From Owenia fusiformis (Eukaryota), in NCBI GenBank assembly GCA_903813345.2, contig CAIIXF020000001.1, positions 14,074,001 through 14,138,000 of the forward strand: DNA of 64,000 nt, in the 5' to 3' direction. Below, piece by piece: positions 49,722-63,392 of this stretch. The first letter of the stretch is position 1, and each line of letters starts with the position of its first letter. Below the pieces are notes generated by a model. The model worked only from the letters and a program-made list of their open reading frames with translations. It was not told the origin of the DNA and ran no database searches. A program made the translations under genes and the position numbers.

Positions 49722-51635
49722 GGTCATCATGTATCAAAGTGCAGTATCATTAAGGAAGGACTACATTCAAACCATTCAGGGTCAATCATTGGGCATATTT
49801 GTACATTATTATCAAAGTGGCACAACCGTTGAACCATTTGGGGTCATCATGTATTAAAGTGCAGTATCATTAACGAAGGACTTCATTCAAACCATTCAGG
49901 GTCAATCATTGGGCATATTTGTACATTATTATCAAAGTGGCACAACCGTTGAACCATTTGGGGTCATCATGTATTAAAGTGCAGTATCATTAAGGAAGGA
50001 CTTCATTCAAACCATTCAGGGTCAATCATTGGGCATATTTGTACATTATTATCAAAGTGGCACATTTGTTGAACCATTTTGGGTCTTCATGTATCAAAGT
50101 GCATTATCACAAAGGAAGGACTACATTCTAACCAATAAAGGTCAATCATTGGGCATATTTGTACATTATTATCAAAGTGGCACATTTGTTGAACCATTTG
50201 GGGTCTTCGTGCATCAAAGTGCATTATCATCAAGGAAGGACTACATTCAAATCATTCAGGGTCATCTATTGGGCATATTTGTAAATTCTTATCAAAGTGG
50301 CACAACCGTTGAACCATTTGGGGTCTTCATGCATCAAAGTGCATTATCATTAAGGAAGGACTACATTCAAACCATTCAGGGTCATTTATTGGGCATATTT
50401 GTACATTACTATCAAAGTGGCACAATCGTTGAACCATTCTGGGTCATCATGCATCAATGTGCATTATCATCAAGGAAGGACTACATTCAAATCATTCAGG
50501 GTCATCTATTGGGCATATTTGTACATTATTGTCAAAGTGGCACAATCTTTGAACCATTTGGGGTCTCCATGCATCAATGTGCATTATCATTAAGGAAGGA
50601 CTACATTCAAACCATTCAGGGTCATTTATTGGGCATATTTGTACATTACTATCAAAGTGGCACAATCGTTGAACCATTCTGGGTCTCCATGCATCAATGT
50701 GCATTATCATCAAGGAAGGACTACATTCAAATCATTCAGGGTCATCTATTGGGCATATTTGTAAATTCTTATCAAAGTGGCACAACCGTTGAACCATTTG
50801 GGGTCTTCATGCATCAAAGTGCATTATCATTAAGGAAGGACTACATTCAAACCATTCAGGGTCATTTATTGGGCATATTTGTACATTACTATCAAAGTGG
50901 CACAATCGTTGAACCATTCTGGGTCTTCATGCATCAAAGTGCAGTATCATCAAGGAAGGACTACATTCAAATCATTCAGGGTCATCTATTGGGCATATTT
51001 GTACATTATTGTCAAAGTGGCACAATCTTTGAACCATTTGGGGTCTCCATGCATCAATGTGCATTATCATCAAGGAAGGACTACATTCAAATCATTCAAG
51101 GTCAATCAATGGACATATTTGTACATTATTGTCAAAGTGGCACAATCTTTGAACCATTTGGGGTCTCCATGCATCAATGTGCATTATCATCAAGGAAGGA
51201 CTACATTCAAACCATTCAGGGTCAACCATTGGGCATATTTGTACATTATCATTAGAGTGGCACAATCGTTGAACCATTTGGGGTGTTCATGCATCAATGT
51301 GCATTATCATCAAGGAAGGACTACATTCAAATCATTCAAGGTCAATCAATGGACATATTTGTACATTATTGTCAAAGTGGCACAATCTTTGAACCATTTG
51401 GGGTCTTCATGCATCAATGTGCATTATCATCAAGGAAGGACTACATTCAAACCATTCAGGGTCAACCATTGGGCATATTTGTAAATTCTTATCAAAGTGG
51501 CACAACCGTTGAACCATTCGGGGTCTTCATGCATCAATGTGCATTATCATCAAGGAAGGACTACATTCAAACCATTCAGGGTCAACCATTGGGCATATTT
51601 GTACATTATTATCAAAGTGGCACAACCGTTGAATC
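49722..51635. repeat. 120-bp tandem repeat, ~16 copies
   Basis: Alternate 60-nt lines of the listing are near-identical, giving an exact 120-bp period. Decayed tail to ~51860. Confidence 0.98.
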
Positions 51636-54600
51636 AATCGGAGCATAAATATGCATTATCATTGAGGTCAGGTAACATTTTAACTATTCAGGATGATCAA
51701 ACATCATTTCGACTTGCATTAAGGTTGGTCAGCCTTTAAAACATTTTGACTCTTGGTGCGTTAATGTGCATTATCATTAAGGTGAGGCACTTGGACATAC
51801 ATTAAGGTGGGTCAACCGTTCGGAGTCTCCATGCGTTAATGTGCATTTTCATTAAGGTACATTAAGGACAGCACTGAAGGTCAAATATAATTCTTTTTAT
51901 AGATAATCATTTGTATTTTCAAATCAGATGACCATAAAGAAAAACAACTTGTGGAGAGTTGTTCATAATAGACCATATCATAATGCAAACCGTTGTTTTA
52001 TCATGATTTACTTAATGATTCATTAAATAAAAAATTGAGGTATCCGCCCATCTTTTTGAAATAAATGCTTGCTTTATGGACGGATTAGGCGGAACAAAAT
52101 TCTTAACTCTTAGCGGTCGGAGGACGAGGATATCTCAGAAACCTTCCCTTGTAATCTGCTTACCAAATAACTCGTCAAAGGGAAAGGTACGGATCGGTGC
52201 AAGAGTTAACTAAGGATTTAAGCCCTGGACTTGCTGCATTGTGTGCTGAATCATCCCATTGAATGTGTTGCTTCCAAATCTTTGCATGAGCGCGCAGCGG
52301 GAATGTAAAGTATAGGAAACAACGCCCTAGTGGAATGGATGAAACAGCCACAATGCATTCAGTTTTGGGCTTAAATTCTTTACACACTTTGCAAAATATT
52401 TTCTACGAAATCACCTAAAAGATACAAAATCACCAAAAGAACATATTTTCAATGAAACTTTTTGCAAGGGTCAAGTTGGCAAGGTATCATTTTCAATCTT
52501 GAGAGTCAAGCTATCACATTGACAACTGTTTAACAAGCGACCTTGGATACAGTGATAGGTGATATAATGCACTGCATGTATATGAAATACTGTGTTCGGA
52601 TTGGCTTGAATCGGACACATCTTGCTATGTGTGAATAAATGTGTCCACGTAAATGATTTGCCTTTATGTCTAGATACTATCGATGTTCATTATGGCCCTA
52701 AACTACCCTTTGAAAAGAGGGATTTATTAATTGTCTTTAATTGAAAGTTCAGGTTGTAGAAATGTCAAAATTCACTAGAATAAGAATGGGGTATTCTTTT
52801 TAGAACTATTACGAAGTAATCCTTAAGTTAATAAAGCGTTTTAATTCAAGAACGGTTGTGATATTGTGGCGATTCACGACCAAATTTGTTCAAAATTGGG
52901 ATTTCATTTGAAACATCATCACAAGAGCTTAATACATGCACAGAATTAGAGACGATAAAATCCCATGAAATGAGGACCAAGTGATTAAACAGTTGAAACG
53001 ACGGTTATGTCCGCCATTTGTGACAACGGCATCTGACTTTACCGTTGTCAGGTTATTCCGGTGTGAGCAGGTTTCTAGCGAGATAGTGAGGTAAAACAGA
53101 TAAATATGTGTTAAAAGTAATTTATTATGTATTACAAAAACACTTTCGAACTGTTATTTGGCCATTTACATGAATCATTTGTAATGTTTTTTCTATGATT
53201 GACGTTACCAATATTTTCAGCAAATATTGGAAAAACTATATTTCTTTCCAAGTGGCGACGTATCAATCAGCTACACTCATGATGTACTCAATGATGACGT
53301 ATTTCAGTTCAGGTGTGTTTTGAGGCGATCGATCTAGATCTATCATCCTCAGTACAGTCAGCTTCCTACATGCTGTAACTCCCACAAACATCACATTCCA
53401 GACCTTAACGTTCTTTCACTCTGGCAAAAATGTGACATCTTTGGCTTTTTGCATTGATAAAAACTCAACTCAAGAGTGAATTTCCTCAAATATATATTAT
53501 AAATGGAAAGTATAACGCCTGGGCGTTGTCTTTGAAATAAAAACCGTGTCCTTATTTCCTGGTATTTCTATTCTTTATTTCCCTTGGCTATTGATAGGGA
53601 AAAACCACAAATCAATCAGCCGCCTTAATGACATCAATTAATAGCCAGCCATCAATTTGCCCATAAGTTTCAATTAACACTTTATTTTAGTGCATTGTAA
53701 AAATCCAACACCAATTTCGTTTGATATCATTGTGAGCAATGAAATACCCCTACTCTCAGAATTGAACATGATATAATAACAGGGCTTGATATGTTTTACA
53801 TACATTAGTCAATGAGAATAAATATACACCTATGACAGTATCCATTATCCTGCTTTTATGAAATAGTGTATAAAAAGCATTCAGCGAACCCTTTGAAAGC
53901 TTTTGACATTGACATTACTATTATTTAACAGGTTCATTGTAACAATACTTTGAAGCTTCAACGTGATGAATGCATCGGGAGTTAAGAGTAACTTCAGAAA
54001 GATAGAAGAACAGCCAATGGTAGCTGAAATCAAAATTCATCTTCAAATGAACATTGTGATTTCACTAAATAAGGAGGAATGTCATCGTGATGAGCCATGA
54101 CATCTCATTTCTTCTCAGCCCTGTTTCAGGTGAGACAGAAAGATGCTAGAGCTATCAGAATGGAGGAACATTACCACAGCTGATAGTTCCATCTTGATTT
54201 ACAAGTTTTCAGTTGCTCCACCTAAAGTCGAAGATGTGATAGATCTAGATCTTCCCAGTGCTTATTAGTGTTCATCCTTGGTCTAAGCAGAGTCTTTGGT
54301 CTAAGTGCATTTCAGTCCTTTCCATAGCTGCGATAGAAGAAGCTCGATATTGAATGATGATTAGTGTTTATTGCCTTATCCTATTAGTATTTATTTTCCC
54401 CCATACATCAATACAGTGACCTAATTCAGCGTGCATTAATATACAGATGCTCCAATACGAAAATTGGTCGGACAATAATCCATGGAGGACCATATTTGTT
54501 TTACACAATATCATGGGCTTTTAGATCAAAGTAATTTTTTTGAGCCGTCTCATTAACTACCAATTTGGACTTTATGTCATTATTGTTTTGTCAATCCCTG

Positions 54601-56119
54601 TGAAAAGTAGACTGATATTGGAAGTTGTTGTTCAGGAAATGACACCCATATTACAACTGTAGGGAGCTACAGGTATATAAAGAAGATGAACAAGTTTATT
54701 TACAGTAATAATTCACGACCTGGCCTCAGAAAAATCTAAATCTAATTTGAATTAGCAACACACTGGAGTCAGAGTTTTTTTTTAATTCGAAGAACAAAGA
54801 ATTCAAAATGCTCCCTCTTCATTTCGGAAGTTAAAAAAGTACTCAGATTTTGGGAATTCATTGTACGGTTGCAGATCTTGGAAAACAAAAGAGAACTATG
54901 TTTTCAAAAAATATGACCCCAGTCTATGATATTTATTATAAGGACGTTAAAACCATCTTGACCATTTTAATCCATATAAGTTGACGTTCGACAAAGACAT
55001 TTGGCACATTTGGTAGAAGTTCAGACACCTACAAAGGTGGGATATCCGTTAAATATGCTAAAGTACATTTGTAACTCAATCATTTCATGAAAAAAACAGT
55101 GGTGCACCATCTTCAGAGAAGGTAGAGAACCAATTGATCAATTTTTCAAATGTAACAAGGATTGACGTCATATTGAAATTTTCCGGAACATGTGTTTTTG
55201 ACTCATGTTTCTAATTTTGATCGCATTATCAGAATTTTTTAAGGATATAACTGAAATTTCATTTGTATATTTAACTAGTTTCACATGTGCAAATTAGAGG
55301 TAAGAGGGTTATTGAGATATCAGGCCTATTTTTATACCCACCCGGTACATTTCCTAGCTAACAAGTTTACGTTTTTATAAGGGGGGGGGGGGGGGGGGGC
55401 TTATGAGTTTGTGTTTGCCAGAACGTAGAACAAAGTATGTACTTGTTTAGACCTTAGTGCAAAACCACGTTAAGCACAGAGAAAAAAACATACTTGCAAG
55501 TCTATAAACTTCAATGATAGCTGTCTATATGTTCTAATTAGTTGCCTGCCTCGGGCCTTTGGTACTGAATCCTAATGCCCCTATTAACATTTTAACCAGC
55601 AACTAAGATTGCATGTAATGAGCGATATATCCTTCACTACTTAGTTTTCATATTTTACCAAAGAGCCAAATCAACAATATTTAAATCATCAACATTCAGC
55701 TTTATCATAAAACATCAGTTGGATTATGGAACTGACCAATAGGTCAACCAAAAATGATTACAAATGACATTAGTTGATTGGTGGCATTTAGTAAGGACTA
55801 ATTTATTTATTAAAGATTAATGGATTTGATGCACTTTATCACTGTTGATGTGCATTTCAATGGAACAGTGCGCAGGAATGATTTAAAGTATCAAAAATTC
55901 TCATATGCAATATACTATTCTTGTACAAAGTAAGCATATTTAAAGATCTTAAAACGTGAATTATATAGAAGTTCTTAATTATCCCTGTACAAATATTCCA
56001 CATGCACATGGCTTTTAGTTATATGTTGAGGTTCTGAATCCTATCAAAATATAGTAAACAAGAAGGATCTAAAAATGTGCAGTAATATTACATGCATTTA
56101 TTTAAATAAGGATATATAT

Positions 56120-56345
56120 TATGAATGAACGAAAACAATATATTCTTTGTTCTGTTGGCGCTTTAACATTCCACGTAATATTGTGCAAACCGACAGCAGT
56201 TACAAAAAGTAAGGATGTATTTATGAAACGAAAACAATTAAACATATATCTGTGTTGGCGGTTTAATATTTAAAGTAATATTGTACAAACCGATAGCACT
56301 TACCAGAAAAAGGATGTATTTATGAAACGAAAACAATAAAACATT
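56120..56345. repeat. ~100-bp tandem repeat (~2.3 copies) upstream of sulfotransferase 1
   Basis: AACGAAAACAAT recurs at ~56128, ~56227 and ~56326, with colinear interiors. Confidence 0.8.
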
Positions 56346-56395
56346 TCTACGAAAACATTTCCCTAAAACAACTAACTGGTCTACTCCAACAAATA

Positions 56396-56611
56396 ATGCT
56401 GAATACTACTAGAGCCTTTTGTTCTATAAGGATCCTGATTCTTTGTTCTATTGGCGTTTTAATATTCCAAGTATTCATACTACATCAAATATTTTTCTCA
56501 AAAATGAACAATCCCAATGGAGAGAAACAAAGGACTGGTATTGATGGACGTGCTGGGCATTTTGAAAGAGTTAATATTGAGCCCAATAAAAATAATCGGC
56601 AAAATAAACAG
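56396..56611 (+). CDS. Carbohydrate sulfotransferase 1 (CHST8-14 / Sulfotransfer_2 family), TM/stem exon
   Basis: ATG, type II signal anchor ILILCSIGVLIFQVFILHQIFF, donor CAG|gtaaag in phase 0. Confidence 0.85.
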
Positions 56612-56812
56612 GTAAAGAATTTATTATCGATTTCCATATTTGTTTCCGAACAATTGCATCGAGATCGATAAATTGTAATTTTAGAGCTTTGAAACATCTT
56701 CATCAACTTCAGTAAAGATACTTTATAGAACTTCATTGTTTTCACACTATCAAAAGACCATTGGAAAATAATGACCAATGTTTCGATATAACAAGCTACT
56801 TGTTTTGTGCAG

Positions 56813-57649
56813 GTCGTTGTTCAACCCCATGGCGAGATATTAGAAGAAAGGAAAAGACAAGTTGAGAAGATTTGCGATACTCTAACAAAGAATGCTCTAT
56901 TGAATAGCAGTCTAGATCCAAAGGAATATTATGGGCATATTTACGTGGACCCAATGAAAAAAATCCTATATTGTTACACTCCAAAAGTAGCAAGTACTCA
57001 TTGGAGAGAGATTCTAACTGCAAACTTTTACAATATGCCCATTGAGGAACTTACTGTCAATATTACGGGGGGAGATTGGAAACGGTGGTATAAAGGCCAC
57101 ATACTAACACCCCTTGGTAAAATAGCTCCAAATAAACGACAATACATCATTGATACTTATTACAAATTTATGTTCACAAGGCATCCCCTTGATAGATTTT
57201 ACTCCACATGGAAAAATAAGTTCATGGAAACGAATGACTCTTATTATCGAGAACATTTTGGTTCAGTCATTCTTAAAAAATATCGTGAAAATGCTACGAT
57301 TAAAGATCTGTATGAAGGTGAAGGGGTTCGTTTTGAAGAATTTATAAAGTTTATCACATTTGAAGGAATCAGATTTCGAGATGAACATTGGCAAAGTTTT
57401 TTTGAGTTATGCAAGCCATGTCAGATTCATTATGACATCATAGGCAACTTTGAGACATTGTCGGAAGATACCAATTATGTGATTGAAAAGACAAACTTGT
57501 CAAAATACCAATTTCCTCAGGTGATTTCTAAATCCACGTATAATAGGCAGACACTTTATGAAAACATTTATAAACCAGACCTAATCCAACTGTATAAGAG
57601 GTTTAGATTGGATTTTGACATGTTCAAATATACAATGCAATTATCTTAA
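56813..57649 (+). CDS. Carbohydrate sulfotransferase 1 (CHST11-like), catalytic exon; ~350 aa in total
   Basis: Acceptor gtgcag|. 5'-PSB YCYTPKVASTHW, 3'-PB FTRHPLDRFYSTW, DEHW...LCKPCQIHYDIIG.FETL, and terminal DFDMFKY. Confidence 0.95.
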   Translation, partial: VVVQPHGEILEERKRQVEKICDTLTKNALLNSSLDPKEYYGHIYVDPMKKILYCYTPKVASTHWREILTANFYNMPIEELTVNITGGDWKRWYKGHILTPLGKIAPNKRQYIIDTYYKFMFTRHPLDRFYSTWKNKFMETNDSYYREHFGSVILKKYRENATIKDLYEGEGVRFEEFIKFITFEGIRFRDEHWQSFFELCKPCQIHYDIIGNFETLSEDTNYVIEKTNLSKYQFPQVISKSTYNRQTLYENIYKPDLIQLYKRFRLDFDMFKYTMQLS

Positions 57650-57918
57650 TGAAGTTGGAGTTATCTTTGGACATTAGATCTACATCTATGTCTATAGAAC
57701 TGAATCCTTGTAAAAGCATAACTTTCAATTGTACGACTGTACAATGTAGATTTGATTTTGTGAAGTAATTTTGAAAAAATGTCCATACGTTGGGAAAATT
57801 ACTTGTTAAAGGTTGGAGTGCCCAAGGATTATAAATAGGAATGTCATCTCCAATTTACAATTTTTCTGGAACACTACCAAGCGTACCAAACGTCTCTATG
57901 ATACATGCTTAAATAACA

Positions 57919-57953
57919 TTGTTGTTGTTGTCGTTGTCGTCGTCGTCGTCGTC
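57919..57953. repeat. (GTT/GTC)n microsatellite
   Basis: Direct reading. Confidence 0.9.
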
Positions 57954-57989
57954 CAACCGAACGAAGTTATAGATAAAGAGAAACTACCA

Positions 57990-58350
57990 ATCCATTTGTT
58001 TGTCCGTCTGTTCGTTCGTTTGGCCGGGCAATAACTCAAATACCGGTTCACGGATTTGGTTCAAACTTTATAGGCTTATGCCTTATGGATGTAGGACCTC
58101 TGCTCGAGAGGGAATTTTCAATATGACCGCTCAATTGAAAATGACCGCCATTATTCGAAAAAATGAAATCTTTGATAACAATACCAGTTGGCTGATTTGG
58201 TTCAAATTTTGTATGCTGATACGTTAGGGACAGAGGACTGGACTCAAGAAGGAATTTTCAAGATGGCTACTCATTCAAAATGGATGTTATTTTTCATGAA
58301 AAAAATGATTCATAATAACTTATAATTTATACACTAGGGTTTGGTGCAAA
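57990..58350. mobile_element. Helentron/HINE-like non-autonomous repeat (tentative)
   Basis: GTCC/GTTC tetramer run followed by AATAACTC...GATTTGGTTCAAA units repeated about 3 times. Confidence 0.4.
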
Positions 58351-58672
58351 TTTTATTTCTTTCATGTAATATCCATATTAAAGAGGTATCTGATAAAATA
58401 TGTTTTGTTTGGTGGAATTTGCTACTCTTTGGATTGCTGTTATCTCGTTACAATTAAAACAAAATTATAACAAGGCAAACTGTGAAAAACTCGTGCCTCA
58501 AAGTGAAAAATGGCCACCTTAAAATTTACCAAGTATAAGTATATTGGCACAAAAACTTATCAGTTCTAGATTTTTCGACAAAAAGCTTCCTTAAAAACCT
58601 ATCGATCCGGTTCAGCCAGAAAAGAAAGATCATGCAATTCACCCTCGGCCACATGACGACAATATTGTACCA

Positions 58673-58738
58673 TGTATTGTATTGTATTGTATTGTATTGT
58701 ATTTTATTGTATTGTATTGTATTGTATTGTATATTGTA
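58673..58738. repeat. (TATTG)n microsatellite
   Basis: Direct reading. Confidence 0.95.
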
Positions 58739-59897
58739 TACTGTGGTACGATGAAAATTTCAGGTGAATCAACTTTTTATCGATTCAGCAGCTTCCATTG
58801 TTCACGAAGAATGATAACTGAAACCTCCCAATATCAATTCAGATTCAAAGGAGATGTCATCATTATGTAATGTAATGACATACAATGATGTCAATTCAAT
58901 AAATATTTCTAAAGTTAGAATCTTGAAGTATAATACCATTCATCAAGCGAATGATACAAAATAATGGGTCTTCAGTACCAATCCATAAATAAAAATCCTG
59001 GGGATACGTGTTTCATTTCTCAATTTTTGTACCCCATTTAGAGCATTAACTCCAAACTAATTTCCTTTATTGTTTATATGTTAACTGAGTCCTCCACCTG
59101 CATTACATTGAATCACAGGGTGTTGAGACAAGATATTTATGGGCAATAAAATGGTATTCTCCAATTGCATCATTACTTTATGTTCAATCTCTGTATCGGA
59201 TATTGATAAAACGACATAACAGATGATGGTGGTATATCAGTTGCGGATATCAACCCCTCAATTAGAGAGATCACGTCTTTCTGTAGGCTAGACGAAAAAT
59301 GGCGAGATATACGTCATGAACTATGAACATTGTATAGAAATGAAAGATACAGCTAAGACACAAGTCTACAGATAAAATGATGAGATCAATTTCCAAAAAT
59401 TGTGAAATGCATTAAATTCATTGAAAAAGATTTTACTGCAATATTTGCAACAATAACTGGGTTGGATGATAAAAAATATTTCAAAATAAAATTGTGAGCA
59501 ATATTCTAGAGAGGTATCATAACAGTCAGAAGTGTTTTTCACTCGTGCATGAAACGAGAAAATAAATCAGATGAATTAAAATAGCTGACTCTTCTTCAGG
59601 CAATTCCTTGGAATTATTCCTCCGAATCATGCAACATTTAATTTGTTTGACATTATTTTATTGTACCACTGCCTCAACCTCTAAAAGTCATCATTTTTTA
59701 AATTCCAGCTATGTCACCCTTGGGACAATGATTTTCCTGGACTTGGATTAATGCTACTGACTAAAATGCTTGTAGCGATGCAGCACGTTTGTTGCTTCTC
59801 GTGTCACTATAGTCTTGTTTCAAGACTGGACGTTCCCCCTTATCTACCTCACCAACACAACTCTTGTGGCGAGATGAGTTGTTGAGGTGGAGGCGTG

Positions 59898-60056
59898 TAC
59901 ACAGCCAATATAATTCGGCGCCGTTTCGGCACCGTTCCGGCACCGACACCTTTCGACACCAAAATTTGGCACCGGACTAGTCAGTCCATTGCCGAAACGG
60001 CACCGAAATTTGGCACCAACACGGCGTCGAAAATCAGATTGCATTTTGGGGGTGTA
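59898..60056. mobile_element. Short MITE-like element with GGCACC repeats
   Basis: Loose termini TACACAGCCAA / TTGGGGGTGTA and several internal GGCACC-type motifs. Confidence 0.45.
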
Positions 60057-62818
60057 GCTAGACTAGTGTCACTACGAAAAATAAACCTTTTTGTTTGCAA
60101 ATTGGTCATTTATGACGATTTATAAAATACTGTAGTCACGACTGGTCATTTTAAAGGTTTATCTGTTTATGAATGGTGATTTCAAAAAAAATTACTGTAG
60201 TATTTCCAAAGATTTTTCAACCAATGTAATTATGGATAGTTATTTCTTAACGTTATCCCGAGATCTACCTAAAGTATGCAGAAATACATTGAAATAATGT
60301 TACAGGGGCAGACAACAGAACAAGAGATATTTAGAGAAAAAATGCCTAATTCTTTCCTGTGATCCTTACAACTGTTGACCTTTCCTTCAATATAAGATGT
60401 CCTAATATGTATACAGTAATTGATTCGTATAAAATGATAACTGGGATGTCGACATCTTTAAGAAATAATAAAACCCATAACTCAATTATGCGATACGTTC
60501 AAAGAGAACTAAATTAATCAAAAGCTTTCGAATAACTACCCACTACACATCATTTGTATTAATATATTGGAAAGGTTCTTCAACCATGATTTGATATTAC
60601 GAGACATAGAATTAATTGTATAAAATTGGCTCCAATGAGCCAGATCTGAATCAAATGATTCATTAAAATTCTATTGAGTCGCAAAATGGAGTACGTATTA
60701 CAGAAAGGATTCAATACCAGGTCATTTATACGCCAACAAAATCGTTCATAAATGGAGAAGTTAATAATAAAGATAAGAGTTAATACAAAAGAGAACCCAC
60801 AAAGAACTCAGTTGAGAAAAACGAAAATAACATAAATACATACAGAAGCACTAAAGTAAGCTTATATATCCACTTTATCTAAAATTCAAAAATACAATTT
60901 TGCAATTTGAACATGGATTTATACAAAGCTTAAATAAGCAAAACTGAGAAGAACAAAACAAATCTACTGTACTGTAGATTACAGTCAAATTGCATCGGGC
61001 CTCGTACGAGTTTGTACGGGCCCCGTTTCTCCAACGGGCAACTTTGCACGGGCCTCGTTCAAGCTTGTACGGGGTCCGATATAATCTTCCTGTGTGTGAA
61101 AGGCTCAAGGCAATATCTCATAACTTCCCCTTACATTACCATTTGACTTAGCTTTGACTTGCTCTTTGATTTAGCTACTACATCATTTTAGAATTAAACT
61201 CCGAGTCCGTAAACATTCAGAAAATCATTAATCAAAAACAGGCCTGTCATGAAATCTGGCATATCATGAGATCCGGCATACCGCGACCCTCCGGATGGGA
61301 TAAACACCCTCAGACGTTCATGCATGTTTCAGAAAATAACATGATAATTTTGTAACTCAATGTTTTGCCTGTAGGTCTAAAGCCCACATGAGAAATCATG
61401 TTTACCTTTAGAAAAAAATCGCTAAAGTGGGCAAATATCAGTTTACAAGGCTACGTGTAAAAGTTATTATCCTGATCAGTCAGATTATTTTACTTTGTCC
61501 ACCTTAATGGTATGACACCTGTGACCGACCCACCTTAAAGTCAGAGACATTTCTTTGAACGTAGGGTGACATCTTTAAAAGAAGTAAATAGACAATACAG
61601 ATTCTCACCAACACATAAGCAGGTCTCCTAAACTTCCACCAATGCGAACATCAGTTCTGAACTCGCGAACTGCGTTCCTTGCACTCAAACCACGATTCTC
61701 ACATCATATCGGTCGCGAACGTGAACTCTTTAGTCGCGCACCACAAATTCCTCGCTCCCGAACATATTTCTCCACTCGCGCACAGAGATCCGTGCTCGCG
61801 AACAATTTGTATATAGTACATCCGGGTATTTGGCATTTTTAGTTATGAGTAATAATGCGAATAATATTACGAAAGTTTTTCGATCAGGTGTGTGGTTCGC
61901 GAGCAAGGAACGTATTTCGCAAGGTTAGAACTGTTGTTCTTAGGAGGCCTGATAAGAGGGCTTGGATTTACATCATCCGATCCCACAAAAAAGCACCGTG
62001 AGAAGGAAAGAACACCCGAACACAGTTGGGTAGAGCCTATTCAAGTAGACATAATTCCTCCTTTATACACATGTATATGTAATAATTCTATATAAATAAA
62101 CAGTTTTTAACACGGTGGACCAGTAATTTGAGTTTTAAGGCATTGTTTTGAATACCTGTTTTGTTTATCACACCGTCCAAAAACCATGAACTGGACAAGC
62201 TAGACCACAAAAATAAGGACAGAATACAGAGAAGGAAACCGCTTATATGAAACAAGAGTTTCTAAACACATTGATTAAGAAAATATGACGATGGAAGGTA
62301 GGACTGAATGAACTGATCTCAGCACAACACTACTGATTTATGAGCAAAGGGAAAACACTTAATCATAATAAAAATATGGTTTAGGGGTTTTCTCAAAACA
62401 TCGAATTCGTTCAAAAGACATAATTATCTCCATTTGGGAGCAAGGGAGGGGATAAATTGGGTACATTTGTTGTTTTCATTGCATCAATTTTTTATCCCTG
62501 GGGTTGATGCTGTTTTATCCAGTGCAGTCATTTCTATACAAAGTGGGTTTTATTTAGAGGGGAAGTGGTCAAAACGTCAAGTCAAAACGACATTAACTAC
62601 ATTTTGTGACAAATGTTATTGGACTGACCCGTTTGTTACTCTCATTTCAAAGGCTCTCAATAAGTGACACTGACACGATCAGTGACAGTGAAAAGTAATA
62701 AAATGACAGAAACACGTTTTAACAATACAAACTATGTGAAAATATTGCTTCTTTTCATCTTTTCCAATTCTTCTGGTATCACCGTTTTATTGAGGAGAAA
62801 TTCTAATTAAACACTGCA

Positions 62819-63037
62819 ATGGCGAAGAAAGGGATGTGTTGTGGTAAAAGAACACCACTTATTCTTATTCTGACGTTTTGCATTTTTGTGATGTATACAA
62901 ATATCAAAAGCATCAATCAAGTAGAAAAAAGCACCTCGCAAATGAAACGTCAGTTTGATGAATATACATACAACGCTACAAGGATAATAAACTTAACAAA
63001 GGCCTATATAAGTAGCTTGGCTGATGGATTGTTACAG
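62819..63037 (+). CDS. Carbohydrate sulfotransferase 2, TM/stem exon
   Basis: Basic N-tail, TM segment LILILTFCIFVMY, donor CAG|gtaaag in phase 0 (same architecture as gene 1). Confidence 0.85.
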
Positions 63038-63392
63038 GTAAAGGCTATAAATCAGCTCTATATTTAAAAAAATTATGTTTTCGATGTATGAGTTAATGTT
63101 AAATGTGAAAAATAAGTATATACTAGTACTTAATTATATTATTGCATATTTTAATCCATCGAGTTTATAAACAATGGCACCATTCGGTAGGCTCACGAAG
63201 TGAAGAAAACCGATGTTTCTTAATAGAAGCTAAAGAGGAGCCAGGACCCATGGAGTAAATAATCAGAACTTGATATACTCGTATAAAATGAGCTGAAGAT
63301 GATCATTGGTTTAGTCGAATGATTCATCTCTCCCTCTTTAATTATTTCATCGTGTGAGCCAAAAACATAATTTATTTTTTCATTTATTCCAG

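Noticed and set aside
50029-51739. 408-aa and overlapping ORFs as a gene
   Set aside because: Confined to the 120-bp satellite, non-ATG start, stops in neighbouring units, and no splice partners seen.
52150-52415. Possible minus-strand exon (acceptor ~52414, donor ~52163; 70-aa ORF)
   Set aside because: All three frames contain stops between the splice sites and no domain is recognisable. It could be a non-coding exon or a decayed transposon, but this is unsupported.
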